A stretch of DNA of 64,000 bases from Bdellovibrionota bacterium FG-1 (lineage in GTDB: Bacteria > Bdellovibrionota > UBA1018), in assembly GCA_051382295.1 (NCBI GenBank), contig JBBCAW010000013.1, positions 64,001 to 128,000 of the forward strand. The letters are read 5' to 3'. Shown here piece by piece: positions 1-9,282 of the stretch (within the stretch, counting starts at the first letter, position 1; each line of letters opens with the position of its first letter). A program made the translations under genes and the position numbers. Below the pieces are notes generated by a model that searched no databases, was not told the origin of the DNA, and saw nothing but the letters and a program-made list of their open reading frames with translations.

Positions 1-268
1 TGCCTGATGGTTTTTTAAGCATCCGAGTCAACACAGCCTGTGCCCGTTCAGCCTGATCCGACTTTGAATGCCCTGCCGAAAGATAGGCCCGCGCCGCCAT
101 AAAAGTGGCGTAATGAGCATAATTTCCAAACGCCATGACTAACGAAAGCTGAATATAAAAAAGCACGAAGCCCAACAAGAGCACCAAAGTCAACGCGAAC
201 TCAATGGTCGATTGCCCCTGTTCGCCCAACCTTTTTCGGTTTTTATACAGCCCCCAAAAACGCATCAT
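1..268 (-). CDS. TadE-like pseudopilin (partial, runs off window start)
   Basis: Not in the ORF track. Manual translation gives MMRFWGLYKNRKRLGEQGQSTIEFALTLVLLLGFVLF...YATFMAARA, with a prepilin G|QxxxEF motif and AAR motif. ATGA overlap with the upstream stop. Confidence 0.8.
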   Translation of the reverse strand, partial: MMRFWGLYKNRKRLGEQGQSTIEFALTLVLLLGFVLFYIQLSLVMAFGNYAHYATFMAARAYLSAGHSKSDQAERAQAVLTRMLKKPSG

Positions 269-543
269 TTAAACCTCGGATTGATAAAAACCCTAAAACA
301 TTCTTCGCATCCTTGAATTCTGGGATGCCGCTTGGGTGTTCCATCATCAAACCCCTGGGCTTTGGGATCACCATATTGATAGGCCCTCGCAAAGTCCGTC
401 GTAATTGGCTTAGTCATCTTGTCCATAAAACCAAACCGGTTCATCCATCCCACCAACGCCACATAAATCATCACCACGACGCTCAAAAGCAAAATATACT
501 CGATGACGGCCTGGCCACTTTCGTCGGAATTTATTAGGGCCAT
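265..543 (-). CDS. Flp/TadE-like minor pilin
   Basis: GQAVIEYILLL prepilin motif, hydrophobic helix, C-terminal CEEC. Start trimmed to ATG 543. Confidence 0.75.
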   Translation of the reverse strand: MALINSDESGQAVIEYILLLSVVVMIYVALVGWMNRFGFMDKMTKPITTDFARAYQYGDPKAQGFDDGTPKRHPRIQGCEECFRVFINPRFK

Positions 544-1085
544 GGCCGAAACCCCCAACTTAAAAGTGGGTGAGAATAGGCCGACCAAACTGCGGCGATC
601 CCGATAGGCACGCCAAACGGCATCGTAAACTTGCGATCGACCTGTGGCATCTCTAACTCGAGTTCGCGCACAAATAACGTCAGCAAAAATCGCATCATCC
701 TCCGAGCGAAGTTAACAAAACGCCCCGTCACAATCAGGAGTCCAAGGGCCATGACTCCGCCTAGTAATAGGCCCAGAATGGCTACCTCTTGCGCGTAATG
801 AAGCCCACCCCACGCGCCCAGCGCCATAAGCCATTTGACATCACCCCCGCCCATAATTCCGAGAGCAAACATCCAGCCGTAAAAAAACAGCCCGCCGGTC
901 GCGCCGAGCAATGAATCGCCCAGCCCGCCCCATCCGGCCAGCCAGGCCGAAACCGCGAGCCCCAGCAACAACGCCGGAACCGTTTGCCAATTATAAATTC
1001 GCCCACGCGCGAGATCGGTCGCGGCCGCAAACGCCGAAAGCACGGACACCACCGGAAAAAGAAGCTCAGTTTTCCCAAATACCAA
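534..1085 (-). CDS. cpaA: Prepilin peptidase, A24 family (CpaA/TadV-like)
   Basis: TD..GRIYN, GGGDVK and PFGVPI motifs; membrane protein within a pilin cluster. Confidence 0.9.
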   Translation of the reverse strand: MVFGKTELLFPVVSVLSAFAAATDLARGRIYNWQTVPALLLGLAVSAWLAGWGGLGDSLLGATGGLFFYGWMFALGIMGGGDVKWLMALGAWGGLHYAQEVAILGLLLGGVMALGLLIVTGRFVNFARRMMRFLLTLFVRELELEMPQVDRKFTMPFGVPIGIAAVWSAYSHPLLSWGFRPWP

Positions 1086-1302
1086 CTGGCGCCCTCCCCG
1101 TTTTCAGATCTTTTTCGAGCTGACCTCCGAGCCTTTTAATCCCGTTATCTAATGTCTGTAAAATAAGACGAGACAAAGCCCCCGCTGCTACCACGGCCAC
1201 CGAGAGCAATAAGATATACTCCACCGTGCCTTGAGCGCGATCGTCCCGAAGGAAAGAAATAAAAAATTGAATAACAACTGTGAACTGAGACTTCCCCATC
1301 AA
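1066..1302 (-). CDS. Flp-like pilin
   Basis: DDRAQGTVEYILLL Flp motif; 78 aa. Confidence 0.75.
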   Translation of the reverse strand: MMGKSQFTVVIQFFISFLRDDRAQGTVEYILLLSVAVVAAGALSRLILQTLDNGIKRLGGQLEKDLKTGRAPVGIWEN

Positions 1303-1351
1303 CTAACCATGATAAACGAAAATTCGTCAAATAGAGACCGGCAAGAATTGC

Positions 1352-1540
1352 TTAGTTATTGCTCATCCCAGTATCAATTTCGCCACTGACCTTATCGACC
1401 ATTCCTTCGATTTTTTTACCAATGGAGGTCTTAAACTTCATCGCGATCATCACCACAACCGACAAAATCAAAATGTATTCAGTCGTGGATTGACCCCGAT
1501 CATCTCTCCAGAGCTGTTTTAGTAAAGTTTTTACATTCAT
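1352..1540 (-). CDS. flp: Flp family type IVb major pilin
   Basis: 62 aa with RDDRGQSTTEYILIL; has its own promoter and an AAGGA RBS. Confidence 0.88.
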   Translation of the reverse strand: MNVKTLLKQLWRDDRGQSTTEYILILSVVVMIAMKFKTSIGKKIEGMVDKVSGEIDTGMSNN

Positions 1541-1561
1541 AAGACTTTCCTTCTTCTTTTT

Positions 1562-1590
1562 ATTATGATTATCTTGACTTATTTAGTCAA
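1562..1590 (-). promoter_or_regulatory. Sigma70-type promoter of flp overlapped by a palindromic operator
   Basis: Minus strand reads TTGACT-N17-CATAAT; palindrome TTGACT-N5-AGTCAA at 1574-1590. Confidence 0.6.
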
Positions 1591-1591
1591 T

Positions 1592-2335
1592 TTAAAAAAT
1601 AACCAATAAAACCGACGTGTTATCGATATACTCCCTCTGACCCAACAGAACGAGGACCCGTTCCGAGGCTTCTTCCGTACTGAGCTCCCCCCCCTGCTCC
1701 CGGGCAAGTTCACTACGCAGGGCAAGAGGTAATCCATCCGTTTGAAAAACCACCCAATCACCCTTCCGGACACGATATTCAAAAATTTCCGGCTCCAACT
1801 GTTCCGCGAGCCCCAACGCCATAAGCGGGATTTGATGATCTTCCCTGTGCTCCGTCAAAAACGGATCGCAGAGCCGCCCGTAGGTCCGAGGAATCACCAA
1901 ATCGACAATCTTGCCCTGCCTCATCAACCAACCCGTGCACGCCCCCACATTGGCCAATGCGAGCAAATCACCATCCAGATATCCTGCGAGAACGGAGGCC
2001 CCCCCTCGTTCATGAATTCCCTTCTGATGATTGAGCGACTTCACTTTACGATTGGCGTGAATCAAAGCATTAAAAAGTACATTACCCGCGAGCGAATAAT
2101 ACGACCGCAATTCAAAAGGCAAAGTCGCATCCAGATCACCAGCCTCTTTAATCAAAAAACCCTTAATCGCCTCGCAAGCCGTCTGTGCGGCAGTACTCCC
2201 GGGCAAAGGCCCCCCAAAGCCGTCCGCGACGACAAAGATGCCTTTATCCTGAATGCTCAACAAATGGTCTTCCTGGGCCGGCCGCCTCCCCTTGCTCGAA
2301 AATGTTACGACACCCCGAATTTTGGGAAGGCTCAT
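1592..2335 (-). CDS. PP2C/PPM-family Ser/Thr phosphatase
   Basis: QED, VADGFGG, TDGL and DNTS motifs; the usual NVGDS motif is replaced by NVGAC. Confidence 0.85.
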   Translation of the reverse strand: MSLPKIRGVVTFSSKGRRPAQEDHLLSIQDKGIFVVADGFGGPLPGSTAAQTACEAIKGFLIKEAGDLDATLPFELRSYYSLAGNVLFNALIHANRKVKSLNHQKGIHERGGASVLAGYLDGDLLALANVGACTGWLMRQGKIVDLVIPRTYGRLCDPFLTEHREDHQIPLMALGLAEQLEPEIFEYRVRKGDWVVFQTDGLPLALRSELAREQGGELSTEEASERVLVLLGQREYIDNTSVLLVIF

Positions 2336-4548
2336 GGCCCAACCCCCTCATCTTTAAAAACTTTGAAATAGCGAGCCAACTTGCGAGTCGCGCGGTCGTG
2401 ATAAATGTCCTCAGTTGGAGCCACTTCCAGGCATTCCTGAAATTTCTTCTTGGCCGTCGTAAAATCACTGTAACTTTCCGCGAGAACCGCCTCGGTATAA
2501 ATCGCTTTGGCCCGATTATGTAAGATCCCGCGAATCCGCTCCATTCCCCTATAGCCAGCCGGGTGAGGCGGATCTACCTGCGTGGCCTTTTTATACAATG
2601 CAAAGGCCTGAGGAAATTCGCCGGCATCTTCAGACTGCTTGGCCTTCACTAATAAGGGATCGCGCCGATTTTTGATCGCCGCCCGGCAGGCTCCTATTTC
2701 CTTACCTGCCAGCGCGATGACCCTTTTATCCGATGCGCCGATATCAGCCACTTTTCCAAAAGCCTCAATCGCGGTGTGAAACTTTCCCGTTTTCTTCAGG
2801 CTCAAGGCCTCCTTGAACATTTCCCAGGCGCGTTGATTAATTTCCCCTTGAATCCGCTTGGTATCTTCATCCAGTCTCTTGCGCTCTTCAAAATCCTCAA
2901 TCTCTTTTTTCCACACCGTGATCTGTTGATTGTCAGGATCTAAGATGCTGACCTGGGCAAACAGCTCCCGTGCCTGCTCATACTGCTTTTTATCCATCCG
3001 CTCCTTGCATTCCTCGAGCAGCGACTGAACCTTGGTCTTGAGCTTGGCTTCTTCTTCTTTCTTGTGTTTTTCGTCTTCTAACGCTTCGAGTTTGCGTTTT
3101 CCTTCCTTAGCAAAACGCTGGATATCGCGCGCGTCTTTATAATCCGGAATCAGAGTCCAAATTTTTTCAAGTTCATAAAGAGCCTTATCGTATTCCTTGT
3201 TTTTAAAGTATTCGAAAGCAAGGTTACGTTGGGCCTCCACGAACCTTTGCTTTTCCGGAGAAAGTGACTCAAAGGTCACCATCACCGGACTGTTCGAAGG
3301 TTTCGCGACGACTCCCGGCCTATTTGACTTCTTATTGGCTTTTTTTGTGCCGGCATCTTCATCGAGAAAGTCCAGTGCAAAATAGACTAACGCTGCGCAA
3401 ATGCCGCCGACGATCAATTTGTCTTTATTGGAAAGGGATTTCCAATTTTTTATTTTTGTAAAAAAATCCATTTTACCCGGATCAGATGGACCAATCCCAG
3501 TAATTCCAGGAATCGCGCCGGGCAAAGTACCTTGCGCGACACCCGCTGGCGAAAGCGTGGATGGAGCCCCCATAAAAGCGGGGTCAATCGGCACCGCATC
3601 GCTCATTAAATTTTCAGGTGCGACGGGAAACGCGACTTCCTCCAAGGGGTGCTCCTCGGAAACCGGGATAAATTGATTTTCTCGGGCCAGGTAGTCCGCG
3701 CTCACCACTTTGAAACGAAACTCGACCTCGCCGATTCGGATCAGATCATCCCCAGAAAGCTCCTGTTCGGAAACCCGAGAACCATTCACAAAAGTGCCGT
3801 TAGCTGACTCTAGATCTTTGATGGTAAAACTCAAGCCGGCCCGCCGAATGATTGCATTTTTTCGAGAGGATTTCTTGTCGTTCAGAACAATATCACAGCC
3901 CTTTCCGCGGCCGATCGACACCTCATCTTGGCTGAATTCATAATCCGCGACGTTTGCCATGCCGGGCGGAAACAAAAGCCGAACATTCACTTTAGCCGCC
4001 GGGGTTAACTTAGTTTTAGCATCGTCATCGGCCAGTTCCACCCGGGTGTGCGGCTCGAGTTCGACCGGTGCGGCTATCTGTTCAACCGATCCCTCCGCTG
4101 ACGCTAACGAGGAAAACGGATTTTTAGCCCCTGCATCTTCAATCGCGAGGCTCTCCCCAGCCAGCTCAGACTCGGAAGCCGGAGAATCCACCTCAATGGG
4201 AACCAAAGTCAACACGGGGCGCGCGGCCTCCGGAACCGGCGCTAAAACCGGTGACTTGGAGAGGGTCACTCGAAGTAGATAGGGACCGATTGAGATAATG
4301 TCGGCTTCTTTGACAATCGCGCGAGAGCACTCCGCGCCGTTAATCATCAACGGTGCAAACTCACTCTTTTTTTCGACCTGCACACCTCCCTCGACCACCT
4401 TAAAGACGGCATGCTCCCTGGAAATTGCCCGATCCTCAAGTCGAATGACGCATCCATCGGCGCGGCCAAGGACGGCTTCCCCTTCGATCGGACAGGTCCG
4501 AATCGTCTCACCATTTTTGAGAATAGTCAGCACGGCGACTGCGGCCAT
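2332..4548 (-). CDS. Double-FHA, single-TM, TPR/coiled-coil protein
   Basis: FHA motifs LGR..ISREH and IGR..SSRKN..SANGT; one central TM helix; TPR-like helical C-terminus. Confidence 0.85.
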   Translation of the reverse strand: MAAVAVLTILKNGETIRTCPIEGEAVLGRADGCVIRLEDRAISREHAVFKVVEGGVQVEKKSEFAPLMINGAECSRAIVKEADIISIGPYLLRVTLSKSPVLAPVPEAARPVLTLVPIEVDSPASESELAGESLAIEDAGAKNPFSSLASAEGSVEQIAAPVELEPHTRVELADDDAKTKLTPAAKVNVRLLFPPGMANVADYEFSQDEVSIGRGKGCDIVLNDKKSSRKNAIIRRAGLSFTIKDLESANGTFVNGSRVSEQELSGDDLIRIGEVEFRFKVVSADYLARENQFIPVSEEHPLEEVAFPVAPENLMSDAVPIDPAFMGAPSTLSPAGVAQGTLPGAIPGITGIGPSDPGKMDFFTKIKNWKSLSNKDKLIVGGICAALVYFALDFLDEDAGTKKANKKSNRPGVVAKPSNSPVMVTFESLSPEKQRFVEAQRNLAFEYFKNKEYDKALYELEKIWTLIPDYKDARDIQRFAKEGKRKLEALEDEKHKKEEEAKLKTKVQSLLEECKERMDKKQYEQARELFAQVSILDPDNQQITVWKKEIEDFEERKRLDEDTKRIQGEINQRAWEMFKEALSLKKTGKFHTAIEAFGKVADIGASDKRVIALAGKEIGACRAAIKNRRDPLLVKAKQSEDAGEFPQAFALYKKATQVDPPHPAGYRGMERIRGILHNRAKAIYTEAVLAESYSDFTTAKKKFQECLEVAPTEDIYHDRATRKLARYFKVFKDEGVGP

Positions 4549-5513
4549 CAGAGGCTCCCCCCCTTGCTGGTTTGGGTCTCTAACTTTTCGAGCTGCTCTG
4601 TGGCCTCAATAAAAGCAGGATGCGTTTGTTCCCGAAAAAGAATCCGCAGCACGGCTTCGAAATGCCCTTTAGCCTCCTTGAACTTACCAGCCTCCATGCT
4701 TCGTTTTCCACGTATGAGATGGTTTTCAAATTCCGCTTTGATATCCCGTTCACAATTTTCCAAATACAACGTTGCCAAAGGATGACCTGGCGACATTTGC
4801 AAGACGGTTTCGAATTGTGCCTTGGCTCGAAGGTAATTTCGGGCCATGTATTCACGAAAGCCAGTTTTAAAAAATTGCTCAACCATCCGAGCGGTTACGG
4901 GGTCGGGCGGAGAACCTGGCAAATATTTGCGCAAATCGTCCGGGGTTTCACTTTTTTTCTTACTGGGTTTGGAGCGCGAGGAATCGCCGGGCATCAGATA
5001 AAGAATGATCGCGACCACCCCGATTATCCCAAAGAGCACCAGCCGTCCCTTGGAACCCGATGAATTTCCCTGCGGCGACCTTACTTTTTTGCGTTGATCT
5101 TCAAAAATAGAATTCGCGGCGTTGATTTCCTGCGAACTACGAGGAGGCGCCACCAACATCATCGTTGCCGCGTCGCCCGCTACAAACTCAAAGGTGGTCT
5201 CGCCAAAAGTCAGGGAGTCCCCGTTCTTCAATTGGGCCTCGCGAGTGCTACGGCTGTTATGGAGCAGGCCGTTGGCGCTCCCCAAATCTTTAACGGTCCA
5301 GCCCCCTTGCACAAGGCGGAGTTCCGCATGTCGCCGCGAAGCCTTCAGGTCTGACACCACGATATCGCTCTCTTCGCCGCGACCCAAGGTCGCCTGGGTG
5401 CCCGTGATCACAAAAACAGCCCCGGAGTCGGGCCCCTGCACAACCTTGAGTCGGGCCTGCTCGCCTTGCTGCCGAGGCACACTGACCTGCTTGAATCGAA
5501 CGGCCGCACCCAT
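4548..5513 (-). CDS. FHA-TM-TPR protein
   Basis: LGR..ASRRH..DLGSANG, TM helix, TPR-like tail. Start trimmed to ATG 5513. Confidence 0.85.
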   Translation of the reverse strand: MGAAVRFKQVSVPRQQGEQARLKVVQGPDSGAVFVITGTQATLGRGEESDIVVSDLKASRRHAELRLVQGGWTVKDLGSANGLLHNSRSTREAQLKNGDSLTFGETTFEFVAGDAATMMLVAPPRSSQEINAANSIFEDQRKKVRSPQGNSSGSKGRLVLFGIIGVVAIILYLMPGDSSRSKPSKKKSETPDDLRKYLPGSPPDPVTARMVEQFFKTGFREYMARNYLRAKAQFETVLQMSPGHPLATLYLENCERDIKAEFENHLIRGKRSMEAGKFKEAKGHFEAVLRILFREQTHPAFIEATEQLEKLETQTSKGGSL

Positions 5514-5521
5514 TGAGTCTT

Positions 5522-7144
5522 TTACCCCTCCGTCCTTGCCGCCGCAAAAACATAACAGCGGGCTGGGGAGCCCACCGCCACCGCGCGGCATTGATAAGTC
5601 ACTCCTGAAAAATCGTAATCCTCGGCAGCCTCGCCTCCCGAGGCGCGGTCAAAGATATCGTTAAAAAAGGGCCCTATCGATTGGTCACGGGCAACGGCCG
5701 CAATGGGCTGACCAAGCGCATGATCCGAGCGAATCCCACTCATGTCTTCGAAAAGCGTATTGATGTAAATAATATTTCGATCCGAATCACAAACCAGTAA
5801 ACCCAGTTTAGAAACCCCTCCTAGCATTCGAAACGCGACGACAAAATCCTCGACGCTCTGCTGCGCATTTCCGCCCATACCCCCAAGGAGGCCATCGCCG
5901 CCGCCCCCACCCTGTGGAATTCGCTGCAAAGCCGAGTTAATAATGTCCCAAAGTGGATTTAACTCCTCGAATTTAAACTCATGAGTGACCTGCCCCATTT
6001 CACCTTTCAGTGCCTTATCCATATCTTCGTTCAGCTGGGTGAGGGGCTTTAACGTCAATTTATACAGAATAAGCAAAATCACCCCGCCTAATAGGCCAGT
6101 AAGCACGAGAGTCTCCGAATAAGTCATGCCCATCTCGCCCAGATCTGGCGTCGACAAACTCGTATCAATCGAAACAATGGCCATCCCAACGGTGACGTTG
6201 CGTCCCGCCTGCTGACTCAAGATGCGAACGGGTTCAACCGCGATCACCAAATCGTCCGCCTCGCGCACCAATCCGTTTTCACGCCCGTTGCGAAAAAGGT
6301 CGCGCGCTCGAGTAGAGAAGGCGCCCTCTGGGCCAGCATTAACATATTGATTCAACTTGCTGCCAGGAGCGAGAACCCTGCCGTCTAGATCAGTCAAAAC
6401 GGCGACTCTCACGCCTTCGGCCGATTCAGCGGTGCCGATTTCGGTTTTAGTTTCCATTCGTGAGGCCAAAAAACCGGCATTATGCTCGGCAATTTGCCGG
6501 GCCATAAAGCTTGCGCGCCGGCCGATTTCCTTAACCAAGTGAGTGCGATTTTGTTCGAGCAAGGGATAGACCGAAACCACTAGATTACCGATGGCAAACA
6601 CGGAGAGGGCGGCCACGCAAAGAACGCGCCACTCGTGTCGAAGATTCAAATTGTAAAAAATCGGCATCAGATGATGCTCAAAGGTCCAAAGCAGCCGGCC
6701 TTTAAGGTCCTTGGGCGCGGGGGCCTCCAAAATTCCAGGGGCAGCCCCTAGAGGATTCATGGACGTCGGTATTGCGCCAGTTGCCCCGGGCTTGACCGGA
6801 AATTGCAGCAAATCTCCTAGCTCATTCAAAGCCGGAGCGACGCGCGGCGGACGCGATGGAGGTTGTGAGACCTCGAGGACATACTCGCCAACGCTAATGC
6901 GATCACCCGTGCGTAATTTTTTAGATTTGGCGAGCACTCCATTCACAAAAGTTCCGTTCGAACTACCGCGATCTTCCACGGTCAATTCGCCCTGGCTCAT
7001 GACGAGCACGCAATGACGTTTGGACACTTTCGCGGAAGGCAAAACCACGGTACTACCCGCCTGCCGGCCAATCGAGGTTTCGCCCTCTTGAACCGCAAAG
7101 CTCGTTCCACGACTCGGACCGGCTACGACGGTTAACTTATACAT
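5522..7144 (-). CDS. FHA-TM-periplasmic-TM-HAMP-PAS-like protein
   Basis: IGR..VSKRH..SSNGTFVNG; two TM helices; HAMP-like KPLTQL..EELNPL; PAS-like IIYINTLFEDMSG..LGQPI. Confidence 0.8.
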   Translation of the reverse strand: MYKLTVVAGPSRGTSFAVQEGETSIGRQAGSTVVLPSAKVSKRHCVLVMSQGELTVEDRGSSNGTFVNGVLAKSKKLRTGDRISVGEYVLEVSQPPSRPPRVAPALNELGDLLQFPVKPGATGAIPTSMNPLGAAPGILEAPAPKDLKGRLLWTFEHHLMPIFYNLNLRHEWRVLCVAALSVFAIGNLVVSVYPLLEQNRTHLVKEIGRRASFMARQIAEHNAGFLASRMETKTEIGTAESAEGVRVAVLTDLDGRVLAPGSKLNQYVNAGPEGAFSTRARDLFRNGRENGLVREADDLVIAVEPVRILSQQAGRNVTVGMAIVSIDTSLSTPDLGEMGMTYSETLVLTGLLGGVILLILYKLTLKPLTQLNEDMDKALKGEMGQVTHEFKFEELNPLWDIINSALQRIPQGGGGGDGLLGGMGGNAQQSVEDFVVAFRMLGGVSKLGLLVCDSDRNIIYINTLFEDMSGIRSDHALGQPIAAVARDQSIGPFFNDIFDRASGGEAAEDYDFSGVTYQCRAVAVGSPARCYVFAAARTEG

Positions 7145-7494
7145 AGTTCATCCCCTGCGACGATCGCGCAACGATCGATTGTACCCACTGGAAGCTCCAA
7201 CGTGGCTTGCGCGCGTCGATCCCAAACGGGAAATAATTTCCACGGGCGCAGATTTCGGTGCACTGAAGTCACCTCCCACAATGCATCCCCTTGCGATGGC
7301 CGCACAAAAACGACATCGATCGCAATCCGCATGAACCACATATGAATGTCATGACAAGGCGACAACCAAAGTCCCTCCCCCAGCTCAAGCCGAGTTGTTC
7401 CGATTAAACCTTTCAGGCGAGCCCAAAAGTGGTCTGCCACGATACACTTCTCGGCAAGGAGGCTTTTATTTTTGAGGACTTGTATACGAATCAT
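7132..7494 (-). CDS. DUF192 family protein
   Basis: RLKGLIG, IHMWFM..IDVVF and LELP.G motifs. Confidence 0.85.
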   Translation of the reverse strand: MIRIQVLKNKSLLAEKCIVADHFWARLKGLIGTTRLELGEGLWLSPCHDIHMWFMRIAIDVVFVRPSQGDALWEVTSVHRNLRPWKLFPVWDRRAQATLELPVGTIDRCAIVAGDELCIS

Positions 7495-7521
7495 CCCAAC
7501 CCCTTAAATTCATTACATTAA

Positions 7522-8457
7522 TCAAGGAACTCCATTCGGATAGATCTGTTGAAGAGCCACAGGAGCAAAAATCAGGATAAAAACGGCAGGGACAATGAAG
7601 AGCATCATGGGGATCAACATTTTTTGAGCAGCCGCGGCCCCGGCCTTTTCGGCCATGAGCATCCGCTGCACACGAATCCCCTCGGACTGTTGCCGCAGGA
7701 CTTTTCCGATCGAAGCGCCCATCTGGTCAGCTGAGATCAAAATTGCGACAAAGGAGTTCACCTCTTGCACATCAAGACGTGCCGCCATTTCGCGCAAAGC
7801 ATCTTGGCGAGATGAACCCACTTTGATTTCCTTGAGCATTTGGCCCAGCTCTTCTACGAGGGGACTGGGTATCGCCTTTTCGACGACCTTTCCGATGGCG
7901 CCAATAAAATCCAGCCCCGCTTCAGTCGAAAGTGCGAGCAAATCGACGATAAACGGCATGGCTTTGATCACTTGCTTTTGACGGCCCTCGATTCGGCCCT
8001 TGACCCAGATGTCTGGGTAAAACCAACCAACAATACCGGAGGCGACAATGTAAAACCAATCGACATCGAGCATGTCCGCCGCCCGTAAAAAACCGCCGAC
8101 CAACGGGAAAAAGACGATCAAAAAAAGTTTGAACGAAATAAATTCGTCCGAGGTGAGTTCGTCCTTCACCCCCCCCGCAATGATTTTTCGGCGGTATTTT
8201 TTGCGTTGGCGATCCCAAAACGGCTTACCCCGAATCATGGGAACAACGTATTGCGTGAACAGGGGTCGCGTTATCTTAACCAAAAAACTCGAAGACTTTC
8301 GATCACGTTGGTCTTCGAGGTTTTCTTGGGCCACGCGTGTTTCTTGCTCTGCCATGACCATTCGGCCCAGCAAAAAGGCGCCCACAAAAATCAGCACATA
8401 GGCCGCATAAAGGACCAGCTGACCGTTTTCAATAGCCTCGATTCGAATATCCGCCAT
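7522..8457 (-). CDS. tadC: TadC-like type II secretion system F family platform protein
   Basis: PFIVDLLALSTEAGL, G.SR..AL and AEKAG..KMLIP motifs; TM helices. Confidence 0.9.
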   Translation of the reverse strand: MADIRIEAIENGQLVLYAAYVLIFVGAFLLGRMVMAEQETRVAQENLEDQRDRKSSSFLVKITRPLFTQYVVPMIRGKPFWDRQRKKYRRKIIAGGVKDELTSDEFISFKLFLIVFFPLVGGFLRAADMLDVDWFYIVASGIVGWFYPDIWVKGRIEGRQKQVIKAMPFIVDLLALSTEAGLDFIGAIGKVVEKAIPSPLVEELGQMLKEIKVGSSRQDALREMAARLDVQEVNSFVAILISADQMGASIGKVLRQQSEGIRVQRMLMAEKAGAAAAQKMLIPMMLFIVPAVFILIFAPVALQQIYPNGVP

Positions 8458-8468
8458 AGCTATCCTGC

Positions 8469-8495
8469 TTATCGGTATTTTGGCGGCTTTCTTAA
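8469..8495 (-). promoter_or_regulatory. Putative sigma28/FliA promoter of the tadC-FHA operon
   Basis: Minus strand TTAA-N15-ACCGATAA, ending 11 nt before the ATG. Confidence 0.5.
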
Positions 8496-8535
8496 TGATG
8501 TTTACTCGAATTCACGAGGCTGGTAAACTTGACTT

Positions 8536-9267
8536 ATGCCCTTGAAAAGACTTCATTTTATCCTGCCCGCTCTGGGACTACTCCTTCCAGAGCTCGCTTC
8601 AGCCACCGACCGGCTTCTCTGGGATGCCTGGTATACGGTCACCGTCAATAAAACGATGCACTATGAGTATTATAACGAACACGCCGAGATCAAAAAAGAC
8701 CGCGTGGTATTTCAGACTCACGCCTGGAAAAAAGAAGAACACTACATCAACGAGGAACAACTCGGGGCTTTTGCCGCCAATGATCCCGATTTGACCCCGC
8801 TTTTTTTTAATTTTCACTCGAATTACCGAACAACCGAAATCAGTATTGATGGAAACGTGAAAGACGGCAAACAACTCACAGTTCACATTCGCAAAGGCCA
8901 AGCGGAGCCCGCGGTGGTGAAACGCATGGTTCCAAAAAAAACATTTTTAGCTTCGCTGTTTCCGATCTGGCTTGGAAATCATTTGGCAAATTTCAAACCC
9001 GGCCAACTTTACGGCTTTCACAGCATTTTGGAAGATAACCTTGAATCTGGTTTTACGGCCGTCAACGGTCAAGTTCGCAGGGAGCCTGACGATTCATTCG
9101 CTCAAACCACCCACACCCTCCGTCTTCAAGTGATTTATCAAAACCTCAAATCTTTTTGGTGGGTAGAGCCGACGGGTGGGCCCGTGCGGATCGAAATGCC
9201 CTCGCAAAAAACGCTCGTTGAACGAGTGGAACGGCAAAAGGCTGAAACGTTTCTCACCGGAGAGTGA
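8536..9267 (+). CDS. Hypothetical exported protein
   Basis: 243-aa ORF with signal peptide; beta-rich. Confidence 0.75.
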   Translation: MPLKRLHFILPALGLLLPELASATDRLLWDAWYTVTVNKTMHYEYYNEHAEIKKDRVVFQTHAWKKEEHYINEEQLGAFAANDPDLTPLFFNFHSNYRTTEISIDGNVKDGKQLTVHIRKGQAEPAVVKRMVPKKTFLASLFPIWLGNHLANFKPGQLYGFHSILEDNLESGFTAVNGQVRREPDDSFAQTTHTLRLQVIYQNLKSFWWVEPTGGPVRIEMPSQKTLVERVERQKAETFLTGE

Positions 9268-9282
9268 TCGAAAGGCAAAGTC

